DNA from: an uncultured Chthonomonas sp.
Lineage (GTDB): Bacteria; Armatimonadota; Chthonomonadetes; Chthonomonadales; CAJBBX01
Length of the DNA: 64,000 nucleotides
Reading direction: 5' to 3'
NCBI GenBank assembly: GCA_903885605.1
Contig: CAISJD010000006.1
Location: forward strand, 3,625 to 67,624
Each line of letters begins with the position of its first letter. Within the stretch, counting starts at the first letter, position 1. Of the stretch, positions 1-8,894 are shown piece after piece. Position numbers and translations under genes: made by a program. The notes beneath the pieces are model-generated. The model was not told the DNA's origin. It was given only the letters and a program-made list of their open reading frames with translations, and did not search any database.

Positions 1-10
1 CACATCCCTC

Positions 11-2221
11 GTGGAGCCACTGCGCGTGGCACTTGCACCTGAGCCGGGTGCGGATCTCGCCACGCTCACGCCCGACATGGTCTTTGAGACGGATGTCGCC
101 TTCCATGGGCAATGGGGCCAGGAGTGGGTGGTGGTGGCCGGTGGACGCGTCCTCGCCCTCCGCGCGGTAGGCGGCGCCGTGTCGGTCGTCCACTCGGTCC
201 CGGTTCAGGAACTGCGCGAGGCGAAGGCGGAGATCCTCGTGGGAAACGGGGTCCTGCAGGTCAAGACGCCGCACGAGACGGTCACGCTCATGCGCTACTC
301 GCACGCCGCCGCGGCTGAGGCAACAGCGATTGCCCGGCAGTTCAACCGGATCGCCAAGGGTGAGCCGCCCAAGTGGGACGAGGTCGAGAACAAGCGGCGC
401 TACTGCCCCAAGTGCAAGCGCGTGCTGCCTGACGACACGGACGTCTGCCCCGGTTGCGTCAACAAGCGTGCGGTCATGATCCGGCTGCTGCGGTTCCTGG
501 CGCCGTACAAGCTGCAAGCGGTGGGATCCGGCGTTATCATCATCTGCCTTGCGTTCCTCGAACTGATCCCACCGTGGATCGGCGGGCGCATCGTCGATAC
601 CATCATAGCCGAGAAGAGCCGGGCCATTCCAAGCATCGCGCCCGTTGTGCACCTGGTCCTGCTGTTTGCCGCGTCGAGGATCGCCGTCGCCCTGTTCATG
701 TACGCGCAACGCCGCCTGAGTAGCTGGCTCGGCGCCCGCGTCCTCATGGACATCCGGGTGGCCATGTTCTGCAAGCTCAACCAGCTGTCGTTGGGCTACT
801 ACGACAAGCGCAATACGGGCTCCGTCATCTCACGCATCACTAATGACGCCGACCACCTGTGGGACTTCCTGACGGACGGCATCCCCTGGCTCATGTCGAC
901 GCTGCTGGCCATCTCGCTCACGAGCGGCATGCTCTTTCGCATGGACTGGCAACTCGCGTCGTGGCTCCTCACGCCGGGGATATTCGTCTTCGCCCTGAAC
1001 CGGTGGTTCATGCCGAGAGCCAAGCGCAAGTGGCACCACGTGTGGCACCGTATCAGTAAGATGTACGCCTCGCTCTCCACCGCGGTGAACGGCATGCGCG
1101 TGGTGAAGGCGTTCGCACAGGAAGACCGCGAGGTCGAGAACTTCCGCAACCGCAATATGCAGGTCTTCAAGGCCAGCTACGCGGCCAACGCCATGTGGGC
1201 GACCTACTGGCCGATCCTGGGCCTTGTCATGGGCTCGGGCTCGTACATCATCTGGCTCTACGGCGGCAGCAAGGTCATCTTCGGGACGATGACGCTGGGG
1301 ATCATGACGGCCTTCTCGGGCTACCTTGTCCGGTTCTACACGCCATTCCAGGACTTCAGCCGCGTCATCGACTGGTCGACCCGGTCGCTGACGGCTGCCG
1401 ACCGCGTCTTTGAGATCCTGGATACCGAGCCCGACGTGCGGCAGGGAGACAAGGCCACCGCGGCCCCGGATGTGAAGGGCGAGGTGAAGTTCACCAACGT
1501 CGGCTTCGGCTACGACAAGGCGCGCCGGGTGCTTGAGGACTTTACGCTGCACGTGCAGCCGGGTGAGATGATCGGCCTGGTCGGGCACAGCGGCGCGGGC
1601 AAGTCCACGATCATCAACCTGCTGGCCCGCTTCTACGATGTCAACGACGGCTCCATCGAGGTCGATGGCGTGGACCTGCGGCAGATCAACATGGGCGATT
1701 TCCGCCGCCAGTTGGGCATTGTCCTGCAGGAGCCGTTCCTCTTCCCGGGCACTATCCGCGACAACATTGCCTACGCCAAGCCGGATGCCGGCACCGAAGA
1801 GGTGATGCGCGCCGCAAAAGCCGCCAACTGCCACGAGTTCATCCTGAAGTTCCCTGACGGCTATGACACGCAGGTGGGCGAGCGCGGACAGCGCCTCTCC
1901 GGCGGAGAGCGGCAGCGGATCTCCATCGCCCGGGCCATCCTGCACGATCCCAAGATTCTGATCCTGGATGAAGCCACCGCCAGCGTCGATACCGAGACAG
2001 AGCAGCGCATCCAGGAGGCGATCTCTCGCCTGGTGCAGAACCGCACGACCTTCGCCATCGCCCACCGCCTCAGCACGCTTCGGCACGCCAGCCGCCTGGT
2101 CGTGATGAAGGAAGGCAAGATGGCCGAATGCGGCACGCATGACGAACTGATGGACCAGGACGGCGTCTACGCCAACCTCGTGAAGATCCAGATGGAAGTG
2201 AACCGCATCCGCGCCATCTGA
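11..2221 (+). CDS. ABC exporter, fused permease+ATPase half-transporter (ABCB/MsbA-like) with an extra N-terminal soluble domain and a 4-Cys zinc ribbon. It may be 5'-incomplete.
   Basis: 736-aa ORF with a GTG start at nt 11. The frame stays open to the window edge. Motifs: Walker A GHSGAGKST, signature LSGGERQR, Walker B ILILDEATAS, H-loop IAHRLS. A hydrophobic TM block lies at about aa 160-450. CPKC-x10-CPGC is encoded at nt 404-457. Confidence 0.9.
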   Translation: MEPLRVALAPEPGADLATLTPDMVFETDVAFHGQWGQEWVVVAGGRVLALRAVGGAVSVVHSVPVQELREAKAEILVGNGVLQVKTPHETVTLMRYSHAAAAEATAIARQFNRIAKGEPPKWDEVENKRRYCPKCKRVLPDDTDVCPGCVNKRAVMIRLLRFLAPYKLQAVGSGVIIICLAFLELIPPWIGGRIVDTIIAEKSRAIPSIAPVVHLVLLFAASRIAVALFMYAQRRLSSWLGARVLMDIRVAMFCKLNQLSLGYYDKRNTGSVISRITNDADHLWDFLTDGIPWLMSTLLAISLTSGMLFRMDWQLASWLLTPGIFVFALNRWFMPRAKRKWHHVWHRISKMYASLSTAVNGMRVVKAFAQEDREVENFRNRNMQVFKASYAANAMWATYWPILGLVMGSGSYIIWLYGGSKVIFGTMTLGIMTAFSGYLVRFYTPFQDFSRVIDWSTRSLTAADRVFEILDTEPDVRQGDKATAAPDVKGEVKFTNVGFGYDKARRVLEDFTLHVQPGEMIGLVGHSGAGKSTIINLLARFYDVNDGSIEVDGVDLRQINMGDFRRQLGIVLQEPFLFPGTIRDNIAYAKPDAGTEEVMRAAKAANCHEFILKFPDGYDTQVGERGQRLSGGERQRISIARAILHDPKILILDEATASVDTETEQRIQEAISRLVQNRTTFAIAHRLSTLRHASRLVVMKEGKMAECGTHDELMDQDGVYANLVKIQMEVNRIRAI

Positions 2222-2257
2222 ACCGGGGCGGCGGACGGCCTGCCCGAGGACATCCCG

Positions 2258-2806
2258 ATGACAACAGCCACACAAGCACATCCGGCGCCCCACGGCGTCA
2301 TACGAACCGACCCGGAGTCCTACGAGCTTCGTCTCCTCGATCCCAAGCGCACACGCGTCTTCCACCGCACCGGGCTTACCCGCTGCACCATCGAGGGCGA
2401 GCGCACGGTTCTCCGTGTTCAGGTCGCACGGGCCTTCCCGCTGAGCGATACCGACCACCTGATCGCGCTCCTGGACGGTAACGGGCGCGACGTGGGCATG
2501 ATCCAGGATCCGTCATTGATGGATGATGAGTCCCAGCGGACCATCGAGGAGGATCTGGCCATCCGCTACTTCCTGCCGGTGGTGGAGAGCATCCTCTCGG
2601 TCAAGGAGGAGTTCGGCACGGTCTACTGGAAGCTGCAGACCGACCGCGGCGTCCATGAGGCCGTGGCCCGCCATCTGCGCGAGAACCTGATGGAGCTGCC
2701 CGGCGGACGCGTCATTATCACCGACGTTGAGGGCAACAGGTTCGAGCTCCCCGACATCGCCGCCCTGGACGCCCGCAGCATGGCCATCATCCTGAGGCAC
2801 CTGTAG
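2258..2806 (+). CDS. DUF1854-family protein (ABC-exporter-associated, function unknown)
   Basis: 182-aa ORF starting 36 nt after the ABC stop, with GAGGA about 8 nt upstream. The pattern RAFPLS...LDGNG...EEDLAIRYFLP...FGTVYW...TDRG...GNRFELPD matches my recollection of Pfam DUF1854. Not searched. Confidence 0.55.
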   Translation: MTTATQAHPAPHGVIRTDPESYELRLLDPKRTRVFHRTGLTRCTIEGERTVLRVQVARAFPLSDTDHLIALLDGNGRDVGMIQDPSLMDDESQRTIEEDLAIRYFLPVVESILSVKEEFGTVYWKLQTDRGVHEAVARHLRENLMELPGGRVIITDVEGNRFELPDIAALDARSMAIILRHL

Positions 2807-2810
2807 GCGT

Positions 2811-4553
2811 ATGGCGTCCCCGAACGAGCAACCGGTCGCGCCCGGACCCCCTGCGACCGGCAACCGGTGGGCGCTGGGGGTCTCACTGGCGGCCATGGCC
2901 GTCACCTGCCTGCCCTACCTTTTCGGCATGATGCTGACCGGAGCCCACCAGGCCCTCGCATGGTTCTCGTGGCTCGGATACAACCTGGACGATAGCTGCG
3001 TCTACCTCTCATGGATGCGGCAGGTAGCCGATGGTTCGCCGTTCCAGCGGAACCTCTTCACGGTGGAGCCACAGGCGGGGCATCAGTTCAACGTGCTCTT
3101 CCTGGCGCTCGGCCTGATCGCGCGCTTCACGGGCGCCCCGCTCCTCCTGATCTACCACGGAGCCCGCATCGTAGCCGGACTGGCCTTCCTTCGCGCGCTC
3201 TGGTGGCTGCTCGGCATGGTGACGCCGAAGCTGCCTGCCCGCAAGGTCTGCTTCCTGACAGTCCTGGTTTCGGCCGGCGTTGGCTGGTTACCGGGCCAGT
3301 GGCGGGCCAGCGGCATCAACTCGCCGGCCGATGTCTGGCAGCCCGAGGCAATCACCTGGCTGTGCCTCTACCTGAGCCCGCTCTTCCTGGTATCGCTGCT
3401 TCTGATGGTGGGCGTACTGGGTTGGCTCTTGCGCGCCTCCCGGACCGGCTCAAGGGAGGCCGCCCTGCTCGCCGGCGGTTGCGGCCTGCTGCTGGGCAAC
3501 ATCCACACCTATGATGTCATCACGCTGATCGTGGTATGGGTCGCGTGGCTCGGCGTTACCGCGCTCCTTCAGCGGCGACTTGACGTACGCGCTTGGCTCC
3601 TCTCGCTGGGCGCCGGGGCGCTGACGGGCATCAGTTCAGCCCATATGCTCTGGATCGTTCGGACGGAGGCCGTCTTCGCCAAGCGCGTAGCCGTGGCGAC
3701 CCTGAGCCCAAGCCCCATGCTCTACGTCCTGGGATACGGCCTACTTCTCCCGCTGGCGCTGGGGGGCCTCTACCTGGCCCTGCGCCGCGATGGTGACGAG
3801 AGGCCTGACGCTCCGGGCGCGCTGCCCGCCAGGACCGCGGCGCTCTTCCTGTTCACCTGGGCGGCTGCCAACCTTGTGGCCGCGTACTTGCCCGTGCCGT
3901 TCCAGCGCAAGATGCTCATGGGCGCGCATCTGCCCATCGCCTGCCTGGCGGGGCTCTGCCTGGCGTCGGCCGCCGAGCGCGTGCCCGCGCGCGGTCGGGT
4001 CTGGGCCACTACGGCCGCGCTGGCGCTCCTGGGAGCCACCAACGTGCGGTTCATGCTGCGCGATACAGGCAACTTCAGCCAGAACCGTGGCCAGAGCCGC
4101 ATCCAGCGCCCCTACATGCACGCGGGCGAGGTGTCGGCGCTCCTCTGGCTACGCGAACACACGCGTGCCGGCGAGGCCGTGCAGCCCCTGCCGTGGGTGG
4201 CGATCTCAGGCCAGGGCAAGGCGGCGTTCGTCGATACCACCGCCGCCTGCTTCGCGCCGGGCCTCACGGGCCGCGCCGTACACGCCGGACATTGGGGCGA
4301 GACGCCCGACTTCGGCGCCACGATGGGCCGATGGGTGCGGTTCCAGATGCCCGGAACGCCTGACGCGGAGCGACGCGAGCTGCTGCGTGCTTCGGGTGTT
4401 CGGTACCTCTTGTTCAGCCAGCTGAGAAGCTGGACCGCCGACCCCGCCACCAGGGACGCCATCCGAAGCGTCCTCACTTCGGCGCCCTACCTGCGTCTGC
4501 AGGAAGGCGCCTCCAGCGACGACGCAGAGGTCTATGAGGTCGTGGAGCCATGA
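2811..4553 (+). CDS. Polytopic membrane protein, GT-C-like (ArnT/PMT-type) glycosyltransferase candidate
   Basis: 580 aa with more than 10 hydrophobic segments. An acidic NLDDS motif follows the first TM region, as in the first-loop DD/DxD of GT-C enzymes. A soluble C-terminal domain of about 150 aa follows. Family assignment is tentative. Confidence 0.45.
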   Translation: MASPNEQPVAPGPPATGNRWALGVSLAAMAVTCLPYLFGMMLTGAHQALAWFSWLGYNLDDSCVYLSWMRQVADGSPFQRNLFTVEPQAGHQFNVLFLALGLIARFTGAPLLLIYHGARIVAGLAFLRALWWLLGMVTPKLPARKVCFLTVLVSAGVGWLPGQWRASGINSPADVWQPEAITWLCLYLSPLFLVSLLLMVGVLGWLLRASRTGSREAALLAGGCGLLLGNIHTYDVITLIVVWVAWLGVTALLQRRLDVRAWLLSLGAGALTGISSAHMLWIVRTEAVFAKRVAVATLSPSPMLYVLGYGLLLPLALGGLYLALRRDGDERPDAPGALPARTAALFLFTWAAANLVAAYLPVPFQRKMLMGAHLPIACLAGLCLASAAERVPARGRVWATTAALALLGATNVRFMLRDTGNFSQNRGQSRIQRPYMHAGEVSALLWLREHTRAGEAVQPLPWVAISGQGKAAFVDTTAACFAPGLTGRAVHAGHWGETPDFGATMGRWVRFQMPGTPDAERRELLRASGVRYLLFSQLRSWTADPATRDAIRSVLTSAPYLRLQEGASSDDAEVYEVVEP

Positions 4554-6502
4554 TACAGGAGGATCAACCCGTGCTGCCAAACCCCGCCCAGACACCGCCG
4601 GCCATGCATGTGACCGGCAACGTGACCCGCCCCTACGAGTTACCGAGGCTTCGGACTGAGCGTTCCGCCATGGAGTCCAGCTACGACCGCACCGGCGGCA
4701 ACGACGACGGCTTCTCAGGCAAGTACTCCTTCATCCGCAAGGAGGGCGACGCCCTGGTCATCGCTGAACTGAAGGGACCGGGCGTCATCCAGCGCATCTG
4801 GACGCCCACTCCCACAGACCAGCCACTGGAGTTCTACTTTGACGGCGAGGCCACGCCGCGGATCAACGTCGGGTTCCGCGACCTCTTCCTGGGCCGTGCG
4901 AAGGGCTTCCCGGAGCCGCTGGTGGGCCATGGAGGCGGCGGGTTCTACTCCTACGTTCCCATCCCCTACCGCAAGTCGGTAAAGGTGGTCTACCGAGGCC
5001 CCGTCATGCAGTTCTTCCAGATCAACCACGCCACCCTGGCGGACGGCGCCGACGTTCAGAGCTACGATCCGAACTGGCAGGCCACGGCGCCCGAGCCGGC
5101 GGAGGCCGCCATGCGGCTCCTCGGCAACCCCGGCGCGGCGGTGGCGGACCTGCTCGCGCGGCCGGAGTCGAAGGTCGAGACGGTAGCCGCCTACAAGAAG
5201 CTGCTGCCCGGGAAGAGGGTGACGCTGCTGAAGCGTGGCTCCGGCGGCAGGATCGTCGGCATGCGGCTGGGCCCGGCTTCGGCGCTGGCGGGCAAGGAGC
5301 GCTCCATCCTGCTGCGCATCAGCTGGGACGGCGGCCGCAAGCCCGCGGTGCTCTGCCCCGCAGGCGACTTCTTCGGTGCGTCGTGGGGCGAGCCGGCCAT
5401 GCGCTCTGCGCTCGTTGGGTCTGACGGCGAGACCTCCTACTGCTACCTGCCGATGCCGTTCGACAAGTCGGCCACCGTGGAGCTGATCGACGAGCGGACC
5501 GAGGGCCAGCCCATTGAGGTCGCGGCCTCCTTCGATATTGCGTCCGGTCCCAGGCAGAAGGACGAGGGCCGCTTCTACGCCGTCTGGCGCCGTGAGAACC
5601 CGACCACGCTGGGCAAGCCCTTCACCTTCGTGGAGGCTCTGGGTCACGGGCACATCGTGGGCGTCTCGGTGCAGGCGCAGGGCATGACGCCCGGATCGAC
5701 ACCCTTCTTCGAGGGCGACGACCAGACCACCATCGACGGCGTCCTATGCATGCACGGCACAGGCTCCGAGGACTTCCTGAACGGCGGCTGGTACGACGTG
5801 CCGGGCCGCTGGGACGGCCGGAAGTCGTTCCCTGTGAGCGGCTGCCTGGACTACAAGAAGCACATGGGCCGCAGCGCGGGCTTCCGCTTCATGCCTTACG
5901 ACCCGGTGGTCTTCCAGAAGTCGATTACCATGGCCATCGAGCACGCGCCGGAGAAGAACGACATCGCCACGGATTACGTGGGCGTGGCCTACCTCTACTC
6001 CGACAAGGCGCCTGCGCAGGCCGGCACGGTCGCTCCTCCGGCCGAGCGCAAGGTGGCCGACCCTGTGAAGGTGACCTTCGCGGCGGGCTGGAACATACCG
6101 ATCCGGGCCTTCTCGCTCAACAACATGCAGGTCAGCAAGCGCGACGAGCGTGTGGGCGACCGGGGCGTTCGGTTCCTTCGTGTGGACGCCGAGGGCGAGG
6201 ACGTCTTCGGGCAACATGTGCTGGAGCTGCTGTGCGACGTGCCTGCATCGGGCGACTACAAGGTTCAGATCGAGGCGGTAGCAGGTCCGAACCGGGGTAC
6301 CGTGCAGGTCTTCTCGGATGAGATGGCCACGGGCCCGCTGGTAGACCTCCACGCGGCGACGCCGGCTGTTCGCCGGACCGACCTGGGCCGCCTGACCATG
6401 CGACAGGGGCTGGCGCCCATCATGCTGAAGCTGGCCCCATCGGGCGACCAGAAGCGCTTTGGGCTGGATCTGGTGACTATCGAACTGACGCGGCTGGGAT
6501 AG
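4550..6502 (+). CDS. DUF2961 / glycoside hydrolase family 172-like protein with a C-terminal extension of about 170 aa and no signal peptide
   Basis: ATGA start/stop overlap with the upstream gene and GGAG upstream. The N-terminal motif SYDRTGGNDDG plus GPGVIQRIW and the HGTGSEDFLNGGW pattern are recalled as DUF2961 hallmarks. Confidence 0.6.
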   Translation: MIQEDQPVLPNPAQTPPAMHVTGNVTRPYELPRLRTERSAMESSYDRTGGNDDGFSGKYSFIRKEGDALVIAELKGPGVIQRIWTPTPTDQPLEFYFDGEATPRINVGFRDLFLGRAKGFPEPLVGHGGGGFYSYVPIPYRKSVKVVYRGPVMQFFQINHATLADGADVQSYDPNWQATAPEPAEAAMRLLGNPGAAVADLLARPESKVETVAAYKKLLPGKRVTLLKRGSGGRIVGMRLGPASALAGKERSILLRISWDGGRKPAVLCPAGDFFGASWGEPAMRSALVGSDGETSYCYLPMPFDKSATVELIDERTEGQPIEVAASFDIASGPRQKDEGRFYAVWRRENPTTLGKPFTFVEALGHGHIVGVSVQAQGMTPGSTPFFEGDDQTTIDGVLCMHGTGSEDFLNGGWYDVPGRWDGRKSFPVSGCLDYKKHMGRSAGFRFMPYDPVVFQKSITMAIEHAPEKNDIATDYVGVAYLYSDKAPAQAGTVAPPAERKVADPVKVTFAAGWNIPIRAFSLNNMQVSKRDERVGDRGVRFLRVDAEGEDVFGQHVLELLCDVPASGDYKVQIEAVAGPNRGTVQVFSDEMATGPLVDLHAATPAVRRTDLGRLTMRQGLAPIMLKLAPSGDQKRFGLDLVTIELTRLG

Positions 6503-6517
6503 CGCGTGTTGCGTACG

Positions 6518-6545
6518 CCCTGGCGGCGGACCACTGCCGCCAGGG
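6518..6545. terminator. Perfect 10-bp GC hairpin between convergent genes (bidirectional terminator candidate)
   Basis: ccctggcggc (6518-6527), loop ggaccact, gccgccaggg (6536-6545). No clear U-tract. Confidence 0.5.
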
Positions 6546-6557
6546 CGCCCGAGTGGT

Positions 6558-7439
6558 CTACGACTTGGCCCACTGATCCTTGAGGAACGCCACGGCCTTG
6601 GGGATTTCGATGTCCCGCTCACCCTTGCATCCGCACTCCAGGCTGCAGTAGTCCTGGTAGCCGATGGCCTTGAGGCCGCGGAAGCCGTTGGTGAAGTCGC
6701 GGTCGTCCTGACCCGGCATCACCCGCGTCCGCGAGGCCAGATGCACATGGTGTAGCCACTGACCCGCGGAGATGAAGGCGCCCATATCGCTGGGCTCCTC
6801 GATGCACATGTGGTAGAAGTCGCCCATCATGGCCACGCCGGGGCTGTTGACCTCGCGGCACATGGCTCCGGCGTCGCCCAACTGGCGCAGGAAGAAGGCC
6901 TCGCCCCGGTTCAGCGGCTCCAACAAGAGCCTGCCGTTGACTTTGGCGCCATGCTCGCCGATCTCCTTGAGCAGGTCGATGAGGATCGGCCGCGCCTCGC
7001 GGTTCTCCAGCTTCGTCTGCCCATTGAAGGCCGGCACCACGATGACGCCGGTGGAGCCAAGCTCGCCTGCGACCGTCAGCAGCTCCTTTATGGCGTCCAC
7101 GGCGCTGCGGCGCACCTTGGGATCATCATTGATGAGCGTACCGCCCGGCGTGCCCGCGCAGAGGGCGCTCACCTTTACCTTGTGGTTGGCTAGGACCTTA
7201 CGGACCTCCTCGATGCGCCGGCCGGCGTCGCCGCCCAACTCGATGCCCGAGAAGCCCCACTTCTCCATCTTGGCGACGCGCTCGGCCAGGTCGCGCCCGG
7301 GGATGATGCCCTCCTGGCTGGAGAGCTTCAGCACGGCCTTGGGCGGCTTGGGCGCCTGTGCGGTAGCGCCCTGCCGAACGCCCGCGAGGGCCAGGGTCGC
7401 CGCGCCGCCGGCCAGCAGTTCACGCCTGTCAACCTTCAT
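6558..7439 (-). CDS. Sugar phosphate isomerase/epimerase (xylose isomerase-like TIM barrel), Tat-exported
   Basis: 293 aa with twin-arginine signal MKVDRRELLAGGAATLALAGV...AQA and a GGAGG SD directly upstream. The TIM-barrel family pattern recurs in the paralog at 27593..28513. Confidence 0.75.
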   Translation of the reverse strand: MKVDRRELLAGGAATLALAGVRQGATAQAPKPPKAVLKLSSQEGIIPGRDLAERVAKMEKWGFSGIELGGDAGRRIEEVRKVLANHKVKVSALCAGTPGGTLINDDPKVRRSAVDAIKELLTVAGELGSTGVIVVPAFNGQTKLENREARPILIDLLKEIGEHGAKVNGRLLLEPLNRGEAFFLRQLGDAGAMCREVNSPGVAMMGDFYHMCIEEPSDMGAFISAGQWLHHVHLASRTRVMPGQDDRDFTNGFRGLKAIGYQDYCSLECGCKGERDIEIPKAVAFLKDQWAKS

Positions 7440-7455
7440 AGTAACCTCCGGTTGT

Positions 7456-7486
7456 GCGCAGGGCCCGCACGGAGCGGGCCCTGCGC
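7456..7486 (-). terminator. Perfect 12-bp GC hairpin after the oxidoreductase gene
   Basis: gcgcagggcccg (7456-7467), 7-nt loop, cgggccctgcgc (7475-7486). Confidence 0.45.
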
Positions 7487-7513
7487 CTGACTGATCGTCG
7501 AAGCCGACCCGAC

Positions 7514-8800
7514 TTACTTGAACTCGGTGCGGCCGGGGATCGAGACGGCGGGGACCGGAATGGCCGCCGCGGGTTTGGCCATGTCGGGCACGATGCTGTC
7601 CTGCGAATTGAGCGCCTGCTCCCAGGTGATGATCTGGCCCGTGTAGGCGGCCATGCGGCCCATGATGGCGGCCAGGGTGCTCTCGGCGACCTGGCGGGCC
7701 TCATTAAGGGGCTTGCCGGCGCGGATGCTGGCGATCAGGTCGGCATGCTCCTGCACGTAGGGGTTGGTGCTCTGGCCCTGGTAGCGCCACTCGTTGGGTC
7801 CGCTGATGGAGCCGGCCGCGTTGGTGACGCCCTTGGTGCCGACGAACCGCTCCGAAACGTTGCCCGGAGTACCGTCCCAGTGGCGGCACATGCTGAGGAT
7901 GTGCACGTCGCCGGGGTAGATGAAGTCGATGGCGAAGTGGTCGAAGATGTTGCCGAAGCGGGCCTCGGTTCGCTGCGATCGGCCGCCGACGCCCATGGCG
8001 CTCTGCGGATGACCGCCCATCACCCAGCAGGCGATGTCGATGTTATGGACATGCTGCTCGACGATGTGGTCGCCGGAGAGCCATGTCCAGGGATACCAGT
8101 GGCGGATCATCCACTCGAGGTCGGTCTGCGAGCCCTTGTCGCCGTAGCCGTTGCCCACTCCGCCGCCGTTCCAGTAGACCTGGCCGCCGACGATGTCGCC
8201 GATGGCTCCGGCCTGCAGCTTGGCGATCGTGGCGACGTACGGGGCCTGATGGCGCCGCTGCGTGCCTGCGACGACCGCAAGCTTCTTCTGGGTGGCGAGC
8301 TCTCCGGCCGCGAGGACCGTACGGATGCCGGGCGCGTCGGAGGCGACGGGCTTCTCCATGAAGACGTTCTTGCCGGCCTTCACCGCCGCGTCGAAGTGGA
8401 TCGGCCGGAAGCCGGGCGGCGTCGCCAGGATGACGAGGTTGGCCGAGCTTGCGAGGACGCCCTTGTAGGCATCGAGGCCCACGAAGGAGGTGTCGTCGGT
8501 CACCTTGAAGGCGTCCTTGAGCTGGTCCTTGAGGGCGCCCTTGGAGCCGTTGAGGCGATCGGCGAACACATCGCCCATGGCCACGAGCTCGACGCCCTGG
8601 CTGGAGCGGAAGCAGTCGTTCGCCGCGCCGGTGCCACGTCCGCCGCAGCCGATCAGGCCGACCTTGATGCGGTCTGAGCCCTGCGCATACGCATAGTTGC
8701 CGGTAGCGAACAGAGCCGACGCGGCCACCGCGGCCGATGCGGCAACCAGTTCACGGCGGGAGACGCCGGCCTCGCCGACGCCCTCAGTTCCTGAGCCCAT
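7514..8800 (-). CDS. Gfo/Idh/MocA family NAD(P)-dependent oxidoreductase, Tat-exported
   Basis: Start chosen at the ATG at 8800, preceded by AGGAGGA. Tat signal SRRELVAASAAVAASALFATGNYAYA. Rossmann motif KVGLIGCGGRGTG. The longer ORF to 9082 has an Arg/Ser/Pro-rich N-terminus that is not credible. Confidence 0.8.
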   Translation of the reverse strand: MGSGTEGVGEAGVSRRELVAASAAVAASALFATGNYAYAQGSDRIKVGLIGCGGRGTGAANDCFRSSQGVELVAMGDVFADRLNGSKGALKDQLKDAFKVTDDTSFVGLDAYKGVLASSANLVILATPPGFRPIHFDAAVKAGKNVFMEKPVASDAPGIRTVLAAGELATQKKLAVVAGTQRRHQAPYVATIAKLQAGAIGDIVGGQVYWNGGGVGNGYGDKGSQTDLEWMIRHWYPWTWLSGDHIVEQHVHNIDIACWVMGGHPQSAMGVGGRSQRTEARFGNIFDHFAIDFIYPGDVHILSMCRHWDGTPGNVSERFVGTKGVTNAAGSISGPNEWRYQGQSTNPYVQEHADLIASIRAGKPLNEARQVAESTLAAIMGRMAAYTGQIITWEQALNSQDSIVPDMAKPAAAIPVPAVSIPGRTEFK

Positions 8801-8894
8801 GAGTCCTCCTTGCGGAAGCCGCTCCGATGGCGGCTCCCAGAAATGCAGCCCATTCCGCGGCGCTCTAGCCGCCGGGGGGCGCGTAGTTCGCCGA

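Noticed and set aside
830-2458. Very long ORFs antisense to, or out of frame with, well-supported genes. Examples: 830..2458(-), 7454..8677(+), 9601..10848(-), 10754..12220(-), 14424..16061(-), 20390..22210(+), 25646..26929(+), 28582..30450(+), 31262..32722(-), 36713..38299(+), 48063..49859(+), 62148..63710(-).
   Set aside because: Mirror ORFs are expected in GC-rich DNA, where stop codons are rare in all frames. Their translations are Arg/Gly/Ala/Pro/His-rich low-complexity sequence with no recognisable motifs or SDs. Each lies wholly inside a gene whose product carries clear family signatures.
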